NCBI GenBank assembly: GCA_963720755.1
Contig: CAVRGP010000011.1
Span: forward strand, 800,001-864,000
Direction of reading: 5' to 3'
Origin: an uncultured Chloroflexia bacterium
GTDB taxonomy: Bacteria > Chloroflexota > Limnocylindria > Limnocylindrales > CSP1-4
Length of the DNA: 64,000 nt
The stretch's first letter is position 1. Each line of letters begins with the position of its first letter. Below the pieces are notes generated by a model that had not been told where the DNA came from, searched no databases, and saw only the letters and a list, made by a program, of their open reading frames with translations. Shown here one piece after another: positions 13,482-23,594 of this stretch. The position numbers and the translations under genes are program-made.

Positions 13482-14843
13482 ATGCGTAAAGCCGGTCCGA
13501 TCCTGATCCTGCTCATCGGTATCTTCGCCCTGGCCATCGATTTCGTGCCCGGGCTCCAGTTGCCGGACTCGTCGAGCACTGATGGCGTCTGGCGGACGGT
13601 CGAGACGAAACTCGGCCTCGACCTGTCGGGCGGGCTGCGGGTCGAGTACCAGGCCCAGCCGGTCGATGGCAAATCGCCGAGCGCCGGTGACATGGCGGTC
13701 ATCAAGGACATCGTCGAGCGCCGCGTCAACACCACGGGTGTCTCCGAACCCGTCGTGACCACCCAGGGTTCGGACCGCGTGGTCGTCGAACTCCCGGGCG
13801 TCACGGATCCGGAAGCGGTGCGCAAGCTGGTCGGGACGACCGGCCGCCTCGACTTCGTGCCGCTCGGTCAGACCCAGGTGTCCGAGGGTCAGATCCTTGA
13901 CCTTGTGAAGTACCCGCCCTCCTTCAGTGGCGACCAGGTCTCGTCGGCCACCGTCGGCACGGACACGAACGGCCGTCCAGCCGTCGACTTCGTGCTCAAG
14001 GATGAGGGCCGCGCCAAGTTCGCCGAATACACCAAGGACCATATCGGCGACTACTTCGCGATCACCCTGGATGGGACGGTCATCTCCGCACCCGTCATCC
14101 AGAACTCCATCCCGAACGGCAATGTCCAGATCACCGGCGGCGGGTTGTCCGGCTTCACCGCCCAGGCGGCGACCCAGCTCGTCACCGTCCTCAAGTTCGG
14201 CTCGCTGCCGTTCCCGATCACGGCTCTGTCGAGCGAGACCATCAGCGCGACCCTCGGCACCCAGTTCCTTGTCCAGACGGTGATCGCCGGTCTGATCGGC
14301 ATCTCCCTCGTCTTCGCCTTCATGCTCATCTACTACCGGCTGCCCGGAGCGGTTGCGAGCTTCGCCCTGATCTACTACACGATCGTGATGTACGCGATCT
14401 TCCGGCTCATCCCGGTGACCCTCACCCTGGCAGGGATCGCTGGCTTCGTGCTCTCGGTGGGCATGGCGGTCGATGCCAATATCCTCATCTTCGAACGGAT
14501 GAAGGAAGAGCTGCGGGTCGGGAAGTCGTTGCCGGCCGCGGTCGAGGCCGGCTTCAACCGAGCCTGGAACTCGATCCTCGACTCGAACGTGTCGAGCCTG
14601 ATCACGGCGACCATCCTGTATGCCTTCGGTTCGTCGGTCATCCGCGGGTTCGCCCTGGTCCTGATCATCGGCGTCCTCGTCTCGATGTTCAGCGCGATCG
14701 TCGTCACCCGCACGATCCTGCGCTGGATGGTCCGACGGGAATGGGCTCGGAAGCCGTCGTTGTACGGCATGCGCGATGACGAATTCGTCGCCCTCGGGGC
14801 CATCCGACCGAGCTCCCGACGCGAGGCGCGCGGGCGTGTTTGA
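13482..14843 (+). CDS. secD: protein translocase subunit SecD
   Basis: KLGLDLSGG, RVNTTGVSEP, GMAVDANILIFERMKEE, ILDSN, RGFA. Confidence 0.95.
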   Translation: MRKAGPILILLIGIFALAIDFVPGLQLPDSSSTDGVWRTVETKLGLDLSGGLRVEYQAQPVDGKSPSAGDMAVIKDIVERRVNTTGVSEPVVTTQGSDRVVVELPGVTDPEAVRKLVGTTGRLDFVPLGQTQVSEGQILDLVKYPPSFSGDQVSSATVGTDTNGRPAVDFVLKDEGRAKFAEYTKDHIGDYFAITLDGTVISAPVIQNSIPNGNVQITGGGLSGFTAQAATQLVTVLKFGSLPFPITALSSETISATLGTQFLVQTVIAGLIGISLVFAFMLIYYRLPGAVASFALIYYTIVMYAIFRLIPVTLTLAGIAGFVLSVGMAVDANILIFERMKEELRVGKSLPAAVEAGFNRAWNSILDSNVSSLITATILYAFGSSVIRGFALVLIIGVLVSMFSAIVVTRTILRWMVRREWARKPSLYGMRDDEFVALGAIRPSSRREARGRV

Positions 14844-16095
14844 TGTCATCGGGAAACGGCGCTGGTTCTATCTCCTCTCGCTCGCCGTCACCATCCCGGG
14901 CCTCTTCTTCATCCTGCTGACCCCGTTCACGGACGCGGGCCTGCAGTTCACCATCGATTACACCGGTGGGACGAAGTGGGAGATCCGGTTCGAGGACGCG
15001 TCCGTCACTCCCGACCAGGTCGAAGAAGTCTTCGCCAAACACGGGCTGGCAGCCGTCGCGGTCAGCACCGGTTCCGGCTTCATCGAGATCAAGACGGTCA
15101 AGCTGACCGACCTTGCACCGGCTCCGTCGCCGACCCCGGTCGCCACGTTGCCGACCGCCTCGGGTTCGCCCGGAGCGAGTGCCTCGTCGGCGGCCAGCGC
15201 AGCCCCGACGGCCAGTCCCGCGCCGAGCGCGAGCGCAGCTCCGACCTCGGGCGCGAGCGCCAGCCCGGGCTCGTCAGCGAGTGCCTCGACGGCGCCCAGC
15301 GCCTCTCCGAGTCCGATCCCGAGTGCCAGCGCGTCGCCGAGCCCAAGCGCCGCTCCGAGCGGTAGCGTCGCGCCGTCGGCCTCGCCTTCACTCCCGCCGG
15401 TTGCGTCGGGGAATACGAAGATCCCCACGGAAGGCACCCTCGGTACGATCGCGGCTGCGCTCGAAACCGAACTCGGACCGATCGCCGAACAACGCAGCCT
15501 GACGACCATCGGTGCCGTCGTGAGCAGCGACCTGATCAGCCAGGCCCTGGTGCTCATCCTGGTCGGATCGATCGGGATCCTGGCCTGGATCACTTACCGC
15601 TTCCGAGACGTCAAGTTCGGCGTCGCGGCCCTCGTCGCGCTCCTCCATGACGTGATCGTCGTCCTCGGGATCTTCGCGATCCTGGGCACGTTCTTCAACG
15701 TCGAGATCGATGCCCTGTTCGTGACGGCCATGCTGACCGTGATCGGCTTCAGTGTCCACGACACCATCGTCGTCTTCGATCGCATCCGCGAGAACAAGGC
15801 GCGCCACGCCGGCGAGCCGTTCGCCGCTATCGTCAACCACTCGATCCTGCAGACCTTCGGCCGTTCGATCATGACCAGCCTGACCGTCGTGCTGACCCTG
15901 CTCGCCCTGCTCCTGTTCGGTGGGGCCGCGATCAGCGACTTCGTGCTGGCGCTGCTCCTCGGGATCATCTCGGGCACGTACTCGTCGATCTTCGTGGCCA
16001 GTCCATTGCTGGTCGACTGGCAGCTCTGGGACGACCGGCGTCATGGTCGCGTGGCCACGGCGAGGACGCCGCGCGTCCGCCACACCGCGACCTGA
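14836..16095 (+). CDS. secF: protein translocase subunit SecF with a Ser/Pro/Ala-rich insertion
   Basis: IDYTGGT, ALLHDV, GFSVHDTIVVFDRIREN, GTYSSIFVA. GTG 14836 overlaps the secD end. Confidence 0.93.
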   Translation: MFDVIGKRRWFYLLSLAVTIPGLFFILLTPFTDAGLQFTIDYTGGTKWEIRFEDASVTPDQVEEVFAKHGLAAVAVSTGSGFIEIKTVKLTDLAPAPSPTPVATLPTASGSPGASASSAASAAPTASPAPSASAAPTSGASASPGSSASASTAPSASPSPIPSASASPSPSAAPSGSVAPSASPSLPPVASGNTKIPTEGTLGTIAAALETELGPIAEQRSLTTIGAVVSSDLISQALVLILVGSIGILAWITYRFRDVKFGVAALVALLHDVIVVLGIFAILGTFFNVEIDALFVTAMLTVIGFSVHDTIVVFDRIRENKARHAGEPFAAIVNHSILQTFGRSIMTSLTVVLTLLALLLFGGAAISDFVLALLLGIISGTYSSIFVASPLLVDWQLWDDRRHGRVATARTPRVRHTAT

Positions 16096-16154
16096 GGTCG
16101 TGGCACGAAGCCTCGATGGATCCGCGGTGCAGCGCTCCGTGGCATCCTGACGAC

Positions 16155-17921
16155 GTGATCGAGCCTCGTTTTCGGTGGACGTTCCCGGCACCGGCCAGCG
16201 AGGCGACACCGACCACCGATACTGCCCAGGCGCATGGGATCACCGCCCGACTCGCCGGCTTGCTGGCAGCGCGCGGGGCCACGTCGGACGATGACCTGAC
16301 CGCCTGGTTCGGGGACCCGATGGACGGCCTCCACGATCCATCGGCCCTGCCCGATGCGGCCATCGTCCTCGACCGGATGCGGCGGGCGCGATCGGCCGGC
16401 GAGCGGGTCCAGGTCTTCGGAGACTTCGATGCCGACGGCCTGACCGGGCTGGCCATCATGACCATCGCGCTGCGCCGCTTCGGTGTCGCCGTGGAACCGT
16501 ATGTCCCGAGTCGCCTCGAGGAGGGACATGGGCTGTCGATGGCCGCGGTCGATGCCGCGGTCGCAGCCGGTGCATCCGTGATCGTCACCGTAGATTGCGG
16601 TACGACGAGCGTCGCAGAGATCGCCGAGGCGAATACCCGGGGCCTGGACGTGATCGTCACGGACCATCACCGCGTGCCGCCCGTCCTCCCGGCGGCCCTC
16701 GCGATCGTCAATCCGCACCGAACGGATTCCACCTATCCGGATCGTCGACTGGCCGGGAGTGGCGTCGCCTTCAAGGTCGCCCAGCTCCTGCTCGCGGACG
16801 AACCAGGCGGCCCAACCGCGGCCCTTGGGCTTGCCGATCTGGCCACCATCGGCAGCGTGGCGGACGTGGCCCCGGTCATCGGCGAGAACCGCTCGATCGC
16901 TCGGATCGGGCTCGCGTTGTTGCAGACCACCCCGCGCCCCGGGATCGCCGCATTGCTCGAACGCGCCCGCACGGCCCCGTCGGCGGTGGATCTCGAGACC
17001 GTCTCGTTCGCGATCGCCCCGCGGCTCAACGCGGCCGGTCGGGTCGGCGAGGCGATGGCGGCCGCCAGACTCCTGCTGGCCGAGGACCCGGTCGACGCGG
17101 CAGTCCATGCCGACGCGTTGGAGTCCGCCAACCTGACGCGCCGCGACCTGATGAAGTCAGCCGTGACGGAAGCGCGGGTCGCCGTGGAGAACGACGACCC
17201 CGGGGCGGCCGCCACGGTCGTTCGGGGCCCCTGGTCGGTCGGGATCGTCGGGCTGGTCGCCGCCCGTCTCGTCGACGATCGTGGCCGGCCGGCCGTCGTC
17301 GGGTCCGACCTCGGGGACGTTGTCCGGGCCTCGTGTCGGAGCGACGGCTCGATGGATCTTGGCGCGGCACTGGAGCGCTGCGGCGATCTGTTCGTCCGGT
17401 TCGGCGGACATGCCGGCGCTGCCGGGTTCGAGATCCGGACGGATCGATGGGACGAATTCCAGGCGCGCTTCCTGGAACTGGCGGCTGCGTCGTCGCCACC
17501 AGATCCTCGGCGATCGATCGCGATCGACCTTGCCCTGCCGGCACGGGATGTGGATTACGGGCTCTATCGAGAGCTCGCCGGCCTGGCCCCGTGTGGTCCG
17601 GGGAACCCCGATCCGCTCGTGGCGGTGCTCGGGCTCACCGTGACCCGGGTTCGCGCCGCGACGGGCGGTCACAGCCAGTTGACCCTGCGGCGCGATCGGG
17701 ATGTCCTCGATGGCATCGCCTTCGGGCGCGCGGACATCGCCGAAGTCGTCCATGAAGGCGACCGGCTGGACGTTGTCGCCCGGCTGACCAGCCGGCACTT
17801 CGGAGGGTTCGAGTCGCTCCAGCTGGACATCCGGGACGTCGCCTCGTCCGGCAGCCACCCGGCGGCGGCCGCGATCCTCGGGTCGCCGGCTGCGCCGCTC
17901 CTCGCCGGGCTGGCCTCGTGA
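16155..17921 (+). CDS. recJ: single-stranded DNA exonuclease RecJ (DHH/DHHA1)
   Basis: GDFDADG, TVDCG, TDHH, APRLNAAGR, FGGHAGAAG, PCGPGNPDP. Confidence 0.93.
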   Translation: MIEPRFRWTFPAPASEATPTTDTAQAHGITARLAGLLAARGATSDDDLTAWFGDPMDGLHDPSALPDAAIVLDRMRRARSAGERVQVFGDFDADGLTGLAIMTIALRRFGVAVEPYVPSRLEEGHGLSMAAVDAAVAAGASVIVTVDCGTTSVAEIAEANTRGLDVIVTDHHRVPPVLPAALAIVNPHRTDSTYPDRRLAGSGVAFKVAQLLLADEPGGPTAALGLADLATIGSVADVAPVIGENRSIARIGLALLQTTPRPGIAALLERARTAPSAVDLETVSFAIAPRLNAAGRVGEAMAAARLLLAEDPVDAAVHADALESANLTRRDLMKSAVTEARVAVENDDPGAAATVVRGPWSVGIVGLVAARLVDDRGRPAVVGSDLGDVVRASCRSDGSMDLGAALERCGDLFVRFGGHAGAAGFEIRTDRWDEFQARFLELAAASSPPDPRRSIAIDLALPARDVDYGLYRELAGLAPCGPGNPDPLVAVLGLTVTRVRAATGGHSQLTLRRDRDVLDGIAFGRADIAEVVHEGDRLDVVARLTSRHFGGFESLQLDIRDVASSGSHPAAAAILGSPAAPLLAGLAS

Positions 17922-19144
17922 ACCGCTCGGTGGCGCCCCGCTCGATGGATCGGTGGCTGGCGCCCGCCTTGTCCGTGATCGGGCTCATCATCGTTGCCCT
18001 CGTCACCCTGAGCCTCCTCAACGGCAGCGTCCCATTCGTGGGCGGCACCACCGGGACCGGCAACGATCCGGGCGGCGCCATCGGCGACGGGACCGGCGTC
18101 GATACCCAGACGCCGACGCCCTCGAATATCGTCGTCGTCCCCGATGTGGCCGACACCATCCCCGGGTCGATCGTCTACGCGAAGGCCGGCAATATCTGGG
18201 TCCAGACGGGCAAGTCCGCCCACCAGGTGACGACCGGTGGAAACGACTCGATGCCGTCATGGGCTCCCGACGGTCAGTCGATCTACTTCATCCGGACCGT
18301 CGACGACACCGGCCGTTGGCCGGCTGGCGGCGTCCTCCGTGACTACCAGATGAGCGTGCCCTCGGTGATGCAGATCCCGGCCGACGGCAGCGGGAACGCG
18401 GTGCGCGTGCTCAACGGCAAGGTCAAGATCGGCGGGAACACCTGGCACGCCTGGATCCGACAGCCGGTCCTCTCTCCGGATGGCCACACGCTCGCGATCG
18501 TGTCCGACCGACCGAACCCCTCGCAGAGCGACGTCATCCTCCAGTTCTACGACATCGATTCGGGCAAGTCGCTCATTCCCAACCTGCCCGAAACGGCCCC
18601 GCTCGGGCACCAGGACCCGGCCTGGCGTCCCGACGGCAAGTTCCTGCTGTATGTGCGGAACGATCGGAACGGCGCGAAGGGCGCGGCGGTCATCTACCGC
18701 TGGGACGTGACCAAAGGCAAGGCCACGCCATTCACCACGGCCGGCTACATCGAGCCCGCCTATTCCCCGGACGGTCGGTACGTGGCGGCGACCAAGACCA
18801 CCAGTTTCGGCAGTGACGTGGTCATCCTCGATGCCGGATCCGGCCGCGAGCTGATGCGCGTCACGAGTGACGGCTCATCGTGGTCTCCGGTCTGGTCGCC
18901 CGTCGGCGATTCGATCGCCTTCCTGCACCTTCGGGGCCAGATCGTCGATCTCAAGCTGGCCCAACTCGACGGCATCGGGCCGAACTGGACCGTCAAGGAC
19001 GTGATCGACTTGACCGAAGCCTCTGGGTTGGACGGAGATTCACGACCTCACTGGTTCGTCCCGCCGGACCAGCTGCCGACACCGACGCCGACGCCGATCC
19101 CGGCCGTCACGGCCTCGCCCGACACGTCGACGACACCGCAATGA
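17918..19144 (+). CDS. membrane-anchored TolB-like (PD40 repeat) beta-propeller protein
   Basis: N-terminal TM helix, repeated PxW/YSPDG motifs, PT-rich tail. Confidence 0.75.
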   Translation: MNRSVAPRSMDRWLAPALSVIGLIIVALVTLSLLNGSVPFVGGTTGTGNDPGGAIGDGTGVDTQTPTPSNIVVVPDVADTIPGSIVYAKAGNIWVQTGKSAHQVTTGGNDSMPSWAPDGQSIYFIRTVDDTGRWPAGGVLRDYQMSVPSVMQIPADGSGNAVRVLNGKVKIGGNTWHAWIRQPVLSPDGHTLAIVSDRPNPSQSDVILQFYDIDSGKSLIPNLPETAPLGHQDPAWRPDGKFLLYVRNDRNGAKGAAVIYRWDVTKGKATPFTTAGYIEPAYSPDGRYVAATKTTSFGSDVVILDAGSGRELMRVTSDGSSWSPVWSPVGDSIAFLHLRGQIVDLKLAQLDGIGPNWTVKDVIDLTEASGLDGDSRPHWFVPPDQLPTPTPTPIPAVTASPDTSTTPQ

Positions 19145-20031
19145 CGACGACCTACCTGCAGCGGCTCGCCCGGCGGACCGAGGCCGTTGGCAGTGTCCTG
19201 TGCCTCGGCCTCGACCCGGATCCAGCGGCGTTGCCGGCCGGCTTCTCGCCCGATGTCCGGGGCGTGGAGGCGTTCGTGGATCTCATCGTCGAAGCCGCTG
19301 GCCCGTTTGCCGCGGCGATCAAGCCGAACCTGGCCTTCTACGAGTCGTTCGGTGCGCCCGGTCTGGCTGCACTCGAGCGGATCCGGGGCCGCATCCCGTC
19401 CGCCATCCCGGTCGTCATGGACGCAAAGCGCGCGGACATCGGCTCCACGGCGAAGCGACATGCCATCGCGCTGTTCGATGTCCTCGGCGCCGACGCGGTG
19501 ACGGTCAACCCATACCCGGGTGGGGACGCCATCACCCCGCTGCTGGAGCGTCTGGATCGGTACGCCTACGTCCTGTGCCGAACATCGAACCCAGGTGCCG
19601 CCGAACTCCAGAACCTGATGGTCGCCGAGGATCCGACGATCGACGCCCCTGCGGAACCGCTGCACCTCCGGGTCGCGAGGCGGGCCGCCTCATGGGGTCC
19701 GGGCGGGACGGTCGGTCTCGTCGTCGGGGCGACGGCTCCGGCAGAACTGCGCGCGATCCGCCAGGTCGCCCCGGGGATGGGTTTCCTGGTGCCCGGCATC
19801 GGCGCCCAGGGTGGCGAAATCGAGCCGGTCCTTGCCGCGGGACCGGCGACGGCCGCCCCCGCGGGCGACGGCGTCGGCGGGGGACTCCTGGTGAACGTGT
19901 CGCGCGCGATCAGCGGCTCGGCCATCGGCGACGCGCCAGCGGGTGCCCCGAGCGACCTCGGGGCTCGTCTGGCCGCGGCCGCCGCCGACTGGGCTTCGCG
20001 ACTCCCTGTGCTAGGCTACTTCGGCGCATGA
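19141..20031 (+). CDS. pyrF: orotidine-5'-phosphate decarboxylase
   Basis: LCLGLDP, KPNLAFYE, DAKRADIGST, RTSNPG, LVVGAT, LVPGIGAQGG, VNVSR. Confidence 0.93.
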   Translation: MTTTYLQRLARRTEAVGSVLCLGLDPDPAALPAGFSPDVRGVEAFVDLIVEAAGPFAAAIKPNLAFYESFGAPGLAALERIRGRIPSAIPVVMDAKRADIGSTAKRHAIALFDVLGADAVTVNPYPGGDAITPLLERLDRYAYVLCRTSNPGAAELQNLMVAEDPTIDAPAEPLHLRVARRAASWGPGGTVGLVVGATAPAELRAIRQVAPGMGFLVPGIGAQGGEIEPVLAAGPATAAPAGDGVGGGLLVNVSRAISGSAIGDAPAGAPSDLGARLAAAAADWASRLPVLGYFGA

Positions 20032-20097
20032 AGCGCCCGATCATCACCCATCGGAAGGGCAACCCGGAACCCTGATTTCGCAGGAGCATCGACGATC

Positions 20098-20559
20098 ATG
20101 CCTACCCCTGGACCTCTTGAGCTGGTCATCATCCTGGTGATCGCGCTCCTCATTCTTGGACCCGGCAAACTGCCGGACGTCGGGGCCGCGCTGGGCAAGA
20201 GCATCAAGGAATTCCGAAAGGCATCTGCGGACGTCCAGGAGGCGGTCAACGTCAACGTGGACACCTCGCCGCTTCCGCCCGCGCAGGTCGCCCCGCCCGC
20301 CCCGGCACAGGCGGCCCCGGCACAGGCGGCCGCGCCGTCCCCTGCGCAGGTCGCACCGGCCGTCGCCGTCGCGGCGCAGGTCGCCCCCTCTGCCCCGGTT
20401 GCCGCCCCTGAGGTCGCCCCGGCTGCGGCCCCCGCCCCTGAGGTCGCCCCGGCTGCGGCCCCCGCCCCGGTCGCGGCTGCGGCCCCCGAGGCTGCCCCGG
20501 CTCAGGTCGCCGCCCCTGACCCGGCCGCCCCGACCGACCAGACCACCGTCGCCGGCTAG
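20098..20559 (+). CDS. tatA: twin-arginine translocase TatA with a long Ala/Pro tail
   Basis: ELVIILVIALLILGPGKLPDVGAALGKSIKEFRK, RBS AGGAG. Confidence 0.9.
   Translation: MPTPGPLELVIILVIALLILGPGKLPDVGAALGKSIKEFRKASADVQEAVNVNVDTSPLPPAQVAPPAPAQAAPAQAAAPSPAQVAPAVAVAAQVAPSAPVAAPEVAPAAAPAPEVAPAAAPAPVAAAAPEAAPAQVAAPDPAAPTDQTTVAG
20402..20468 (+). repeat. in-frame 30-bp tandem repeat (2.2 copies) in the tatA tail
   Basis: CCGCCCCTGAGGTCGCCCCGGCTGCGGCCC at 20402-20431 and 20432-20461, encoding APEVAPAAAP. Confidence 0.85.
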
Positions 20560-20579
20560 CTGGGCGCCCACCCTCGATC

Positions 20580-21371
20580 ATGGCCGACGCCGACGCCCTG
20601 CTCGAGCCGGGTGTCACCGGACGACCATCGACACCTGATCCAGAGCCGCCATCGAACCCGGCGGCCACGCCCGGCGACGAGTCGGTCATGTCGCTCCTCG
20701 ATCATCTGGGGGAGCTGCGCAAGCGGATCTTCCGGGCGATCATCGCCGTCGCCATCGCGTCGGTCATCGGCTGGTTCGCCGCGCCACAGGTCCGCCTCTG
20801 GCTGCAGCTCCCACTCGGCGATATCCCACTCCAGGTTCTGGGCGTCGGGGACGCGTTCGTCATCCAGGTCAAGATCGCGCTGGTCATCGGGGTGATCCTG
20901 GCGATGCCCGTCCTGCTGTACCAGTTGTGGGCGTTCATCGCTCCTGGCCTGACGCCGAAGGAGCGGAAACTCGTGCGGCCGTGGATCCCGATGGCGCTGG
21001 TGTTCTTCGGCATCGGCGTGCTCATCGCCTACGTCGTCCTGCCGTTCGCGATCCAGTTCCTGTTCAGTTTCACCGACGACACGTTGCAGGCGCGCCCTGC
21101 GGCCGGCCAGTATTTCGACTTCGTCACCACGATGTTCCTCGCCTTCGGCCTGGTGATGGAGTTCCCGATCCTGCTCGTCGGGCTGTCGACCGTCGGGATC
21201 GTGACGTCGAAGCGATTGACCTCCGCGCGCCGGATGGTGATCCTCGGTATCTCGATCTTCGCAGCAGTCGTGACGCCCGGCGGGGACCTGGTGAGTCCCT
21301 TCGTGCTCGGTGGGACCATGTACCTCTTGTTCGAGCTGACGATCATCTTCATCCGGCGCAGCGGTAAGTGA
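20580..21371 (+). CDS. tatC: twin-arginine translocase TatC
   Basis: MSLLDHLGELRKR, YQLWAFIAPGLTPKE, AAVVTP..D. Confidence 0.95.
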   Translation: MADADALLEPGVTGRPSTPDPEPPSNPAATPGDESVMSLLDHLGELRKRIFRAIIAVAIASVIGWFAAPQVRLWLQLPLGDIPLQVLGVGDAFVIQVKIALVIGVILAMPVLLYQLWAFIAPGLTPKERKLVRPWIPMALVFFGIGVLIAYVVLPFAIQFLFSFTDDTLQARPAAGQYFDFVTTMFLAFGLVMEFPILLVGLSTVGIVTSKRLTSARRMVILGISIFAAVVTPGGDLVSPFVLGGTMYLLFELTIIFIRRSGK

Positions 21372-22276
21372 ACGACGAGGTCGAACCCCGCCCGCCGATC
21401 GACGCGGTGACGGACCCGGCCGTCGTCATCGTGAGCGGGCTGTCGGGGGGCGGCAAGACAGCGGCAGCGAAGCTGTTCGAGGACCTCGGCTACACGGTCG
21501 TCGACAACCTGCCCGGCGAGCTGCTACCAGAGCTCGCGGACCTGGTCTCTTCCGATCGCCACCGGTTCGCCAAGGTCGCGATCGTCGTCGACGTCCGGGC
21601 CGGCGACGCCACCCTGGCCCTCGCGGCGATGCGTGGTGCCCTGGAGGGTCGCGGGATCCGTCCTCGGGTGGTCTTCCTGGAGGCCTCGGATGAGGTGCTC
21701 ATCAGGCGCTTCAGCGAGACCCGACATCGACATCCGCTCGGCGACGAGCGAGGACTCGCCGATTCGATCGCCGAGGAGCGCCGCCGCCTCGAGATCGTCC
21801 GGACCGAGGCCGATGTCGTCCTTGATACGTCGGACATGTCGCTGCGTCAGCTCCGCGAGCGCCTGTTCGCCGCGCTGGCAAGTGAGGTCCGGGCGGATCA
21901 ACTCGCATTCCAGCTGATCAGCTTCGGGTTCAAGCATGGCGTCCCGCTGGAGGCCGACCTCGTCTTCGACGTGCGGTTCATGCAGAACCCGTACTACGTG
22001 CCGGGGCTGCGCCCCCTGTCCGGGCTCACCGAGGAAGTCCGCAGCTTCGTGCTCGAGCAACCGGTGGCTGGACGGTTCATGGCGTTCCTGCAGGAATTCC
22101 TCGCGTTCGCCATCCCCGCGTACATCGCCGAGGGCAAGACACGCCTGACCATCGCGATCGGCTGTACCGGCGGTTTCCACCGTTCGATCGTGGTGGGCGA
22201 AGAACTCGCCTCCTGGTTGCGCGACCAGGACTACGGACCGGTGTCGGTGTTCCACCGGGAGCTCGACCGCACATGA
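21368..22276 (+). CDS. rapZ: RNase adapter RapZ / YvcJ nucleotide-binding protein
   Basis: SGLSGGGK, VDNLP, RRFSETRHRHP, SFGFKHG, FDVRF..NPY, IGCTGGFHRS. Confidence 0.93.
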   Translation: MNDEVEPRPPIDAVTDPAVVIVSGLSGGGKTAAAKLFEDLGYTVVDNLPGELLPELADLVSSDRHRFAKVAIVVDVRAGDATLALAAMRGALEGRGIRPRVVFLEASDEVLIRRFSETRHRHPLGDERGLADSIAEERRRLEIVRTEADVVLDTSDMSLRQLRERLFAALASEVRADQLAFQLISFGFKHGVPLEADLVFDVRFMQNPYYVPGLRPLSGLTEEVRSFVLEQPVAGRFMAFLQEFLAFAIPAYIAEGKTRLTIAIGCTGGFHRSIVVGEELASWLRDQDYGPVSVFHRELDRT

Positions 22277-23592
22277 ACCTCCGGCGCTGGTTGACCCCGG
22301 GGATCGGGATCAAGCGCTGGTTGCTGGTCGGGTTCGCGGGCCTCAGCCTTCTGGCGATCGCTGGCGCGCAGATCCTCCGCCAGTTCACGCGTGACCTGTC
22401 TCCGACGGGACTCGCCGGGACCGTTCTCGATACCCTGACCCTGCAGTTCCTCCCATCGCCACTGCGCTGGTTCGTCCTCGCGTCGATCGGCATCGCCCTC
22501 GTTGCCGTCGGCGCCTATCGCGCAGCGCACGTCCTGACCGATCCACTCCGTGCCGCGGATCCCGACCAGCCGCTGGTCGAACTCATCTACCAGAAGCGCT
22601 TCCTCGCTCGCGGGCCCCGGATCGTCGCCATCGGCGGCGGTACCGGATCGTCGGCGCTGCTCCGCGGTCTCAAGGAGCACACCAGCAACCTGACCGCGAT
22701 CGTGACGGTCGCGGACGACGGGGGGTCGTCCGGTGTCCTGCGCGATGAACTCGGGATCCCACCGGTCGGCGACATCCGCAATTGTGTCGTCGCCCTGGCC
22801 GACGCCGAGCCACTCATGAGCGACGTCCTCCAGTACCGGTTCCCTGACCGCCCCGGGGGACTCGCCGGTCATGCGCTCGGGAACCTGCTGATCGCGGCCA
22901 TGACCGCCGTGGAGGATGGCGACTTCGAGGGTGGGATCCGGATGATGAACCGGATCCTGGCGGTCCGGGGTCAGGTCGTCCCCGTCTCGTCGACGCCGAT
23001 CACCCTGCACGCCCGTCGGGTGGACGGCACCGTCGTCGACGGCCAGTCGCAGATCATGCGGACGACCGGGATCGATCGCGTGTGGATCAGCCCGAAGGAC
23101 GTCGAGCCGTCGGCGTCCGCGATCGAGGCGATCAGCGAGGCAGACCTGATCGTGGTTGGGCCGGGCAGCCTGTACACGAGCCTCTTGCCGAGTCTGCTTA
23201 TCCCCGCCATCCGGGAGGCAGTTGCGGGCGCCACGGCGCCGTGCCTGTTCGTCTGCAACGTCGCCACGCAGTCCGGCGAGACCGCGGGCTTCGATCTTGG
23301 CCGTCACGTCGACGCGATCGACGCGCACACGCTCCCCGGGCTGATCGATATCGTCCTGGCCAACAACGACCTCGAACCATTCGCGGCTGCGGACGGGTCC
23401 GTCCCGGTGGCGCTGACCTGGCCACCGGTCGGAGGATCCCGGCCTCGACTCGTCCTCGATGCAGTGGTCGATCCGTCGAATCGTCGCCACCACGATCCGG
23501 CGCGCCTGGCCTCCGCGATCATGCACGCGTTCGAGACCGAATCCGGGGTACGCCGCCGTCCGACCGGCCGGGCCGCAAGCCGCTCTGCCTGA
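22273..23592 (+). CDS. yvcK: YvcK/GlmR (UPF0052) family protein with N-terminal TM helices
   Basis: IGGGTG, VTVADDGGSSG, PPVGDIRN, GHALGNL, GPGSLYTS, RHHDP. Confidence 0.9.
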   Translation: MNLRRWLTPGIGIKRWLLVGFAGLSLLAIAGAQILRQFTRDLSPTGLAGTVLDTLTLQFLPSPLRWFVLASIGIALVAVGAYRAAHVLTDPLRAADPDQPLVELIYQKRFLARGPRIVAIGGGTGSSALLRGLKEHTSNLTAIVTVADDGGSSGVLRDELGIPPVGDIRNCVVALADAEPLMSDVLQYRFPDRPGGLAGHALGNLLIAAMTAVEDGDFEGGIRMMNRILAVRGQVVPVSSTPITLHARRVDGTVVDGQSQIMRTTGIDRVWISPKDVEPSASAIEAISEADLIVVGPGSLYTSLLPSLLIPAIREAVAGATAPCLFVCNVATQSGETAGFDLGRHVDAIDAHTLPGLIDIVLANNDLEPFAAADGSVPVALTWPPVGGSRPRLVLDAVVDPSNRRHHDPARLASAIMHAFETESGVRRRPTGRAASRSA

Positions 23593-23594
23593 CC

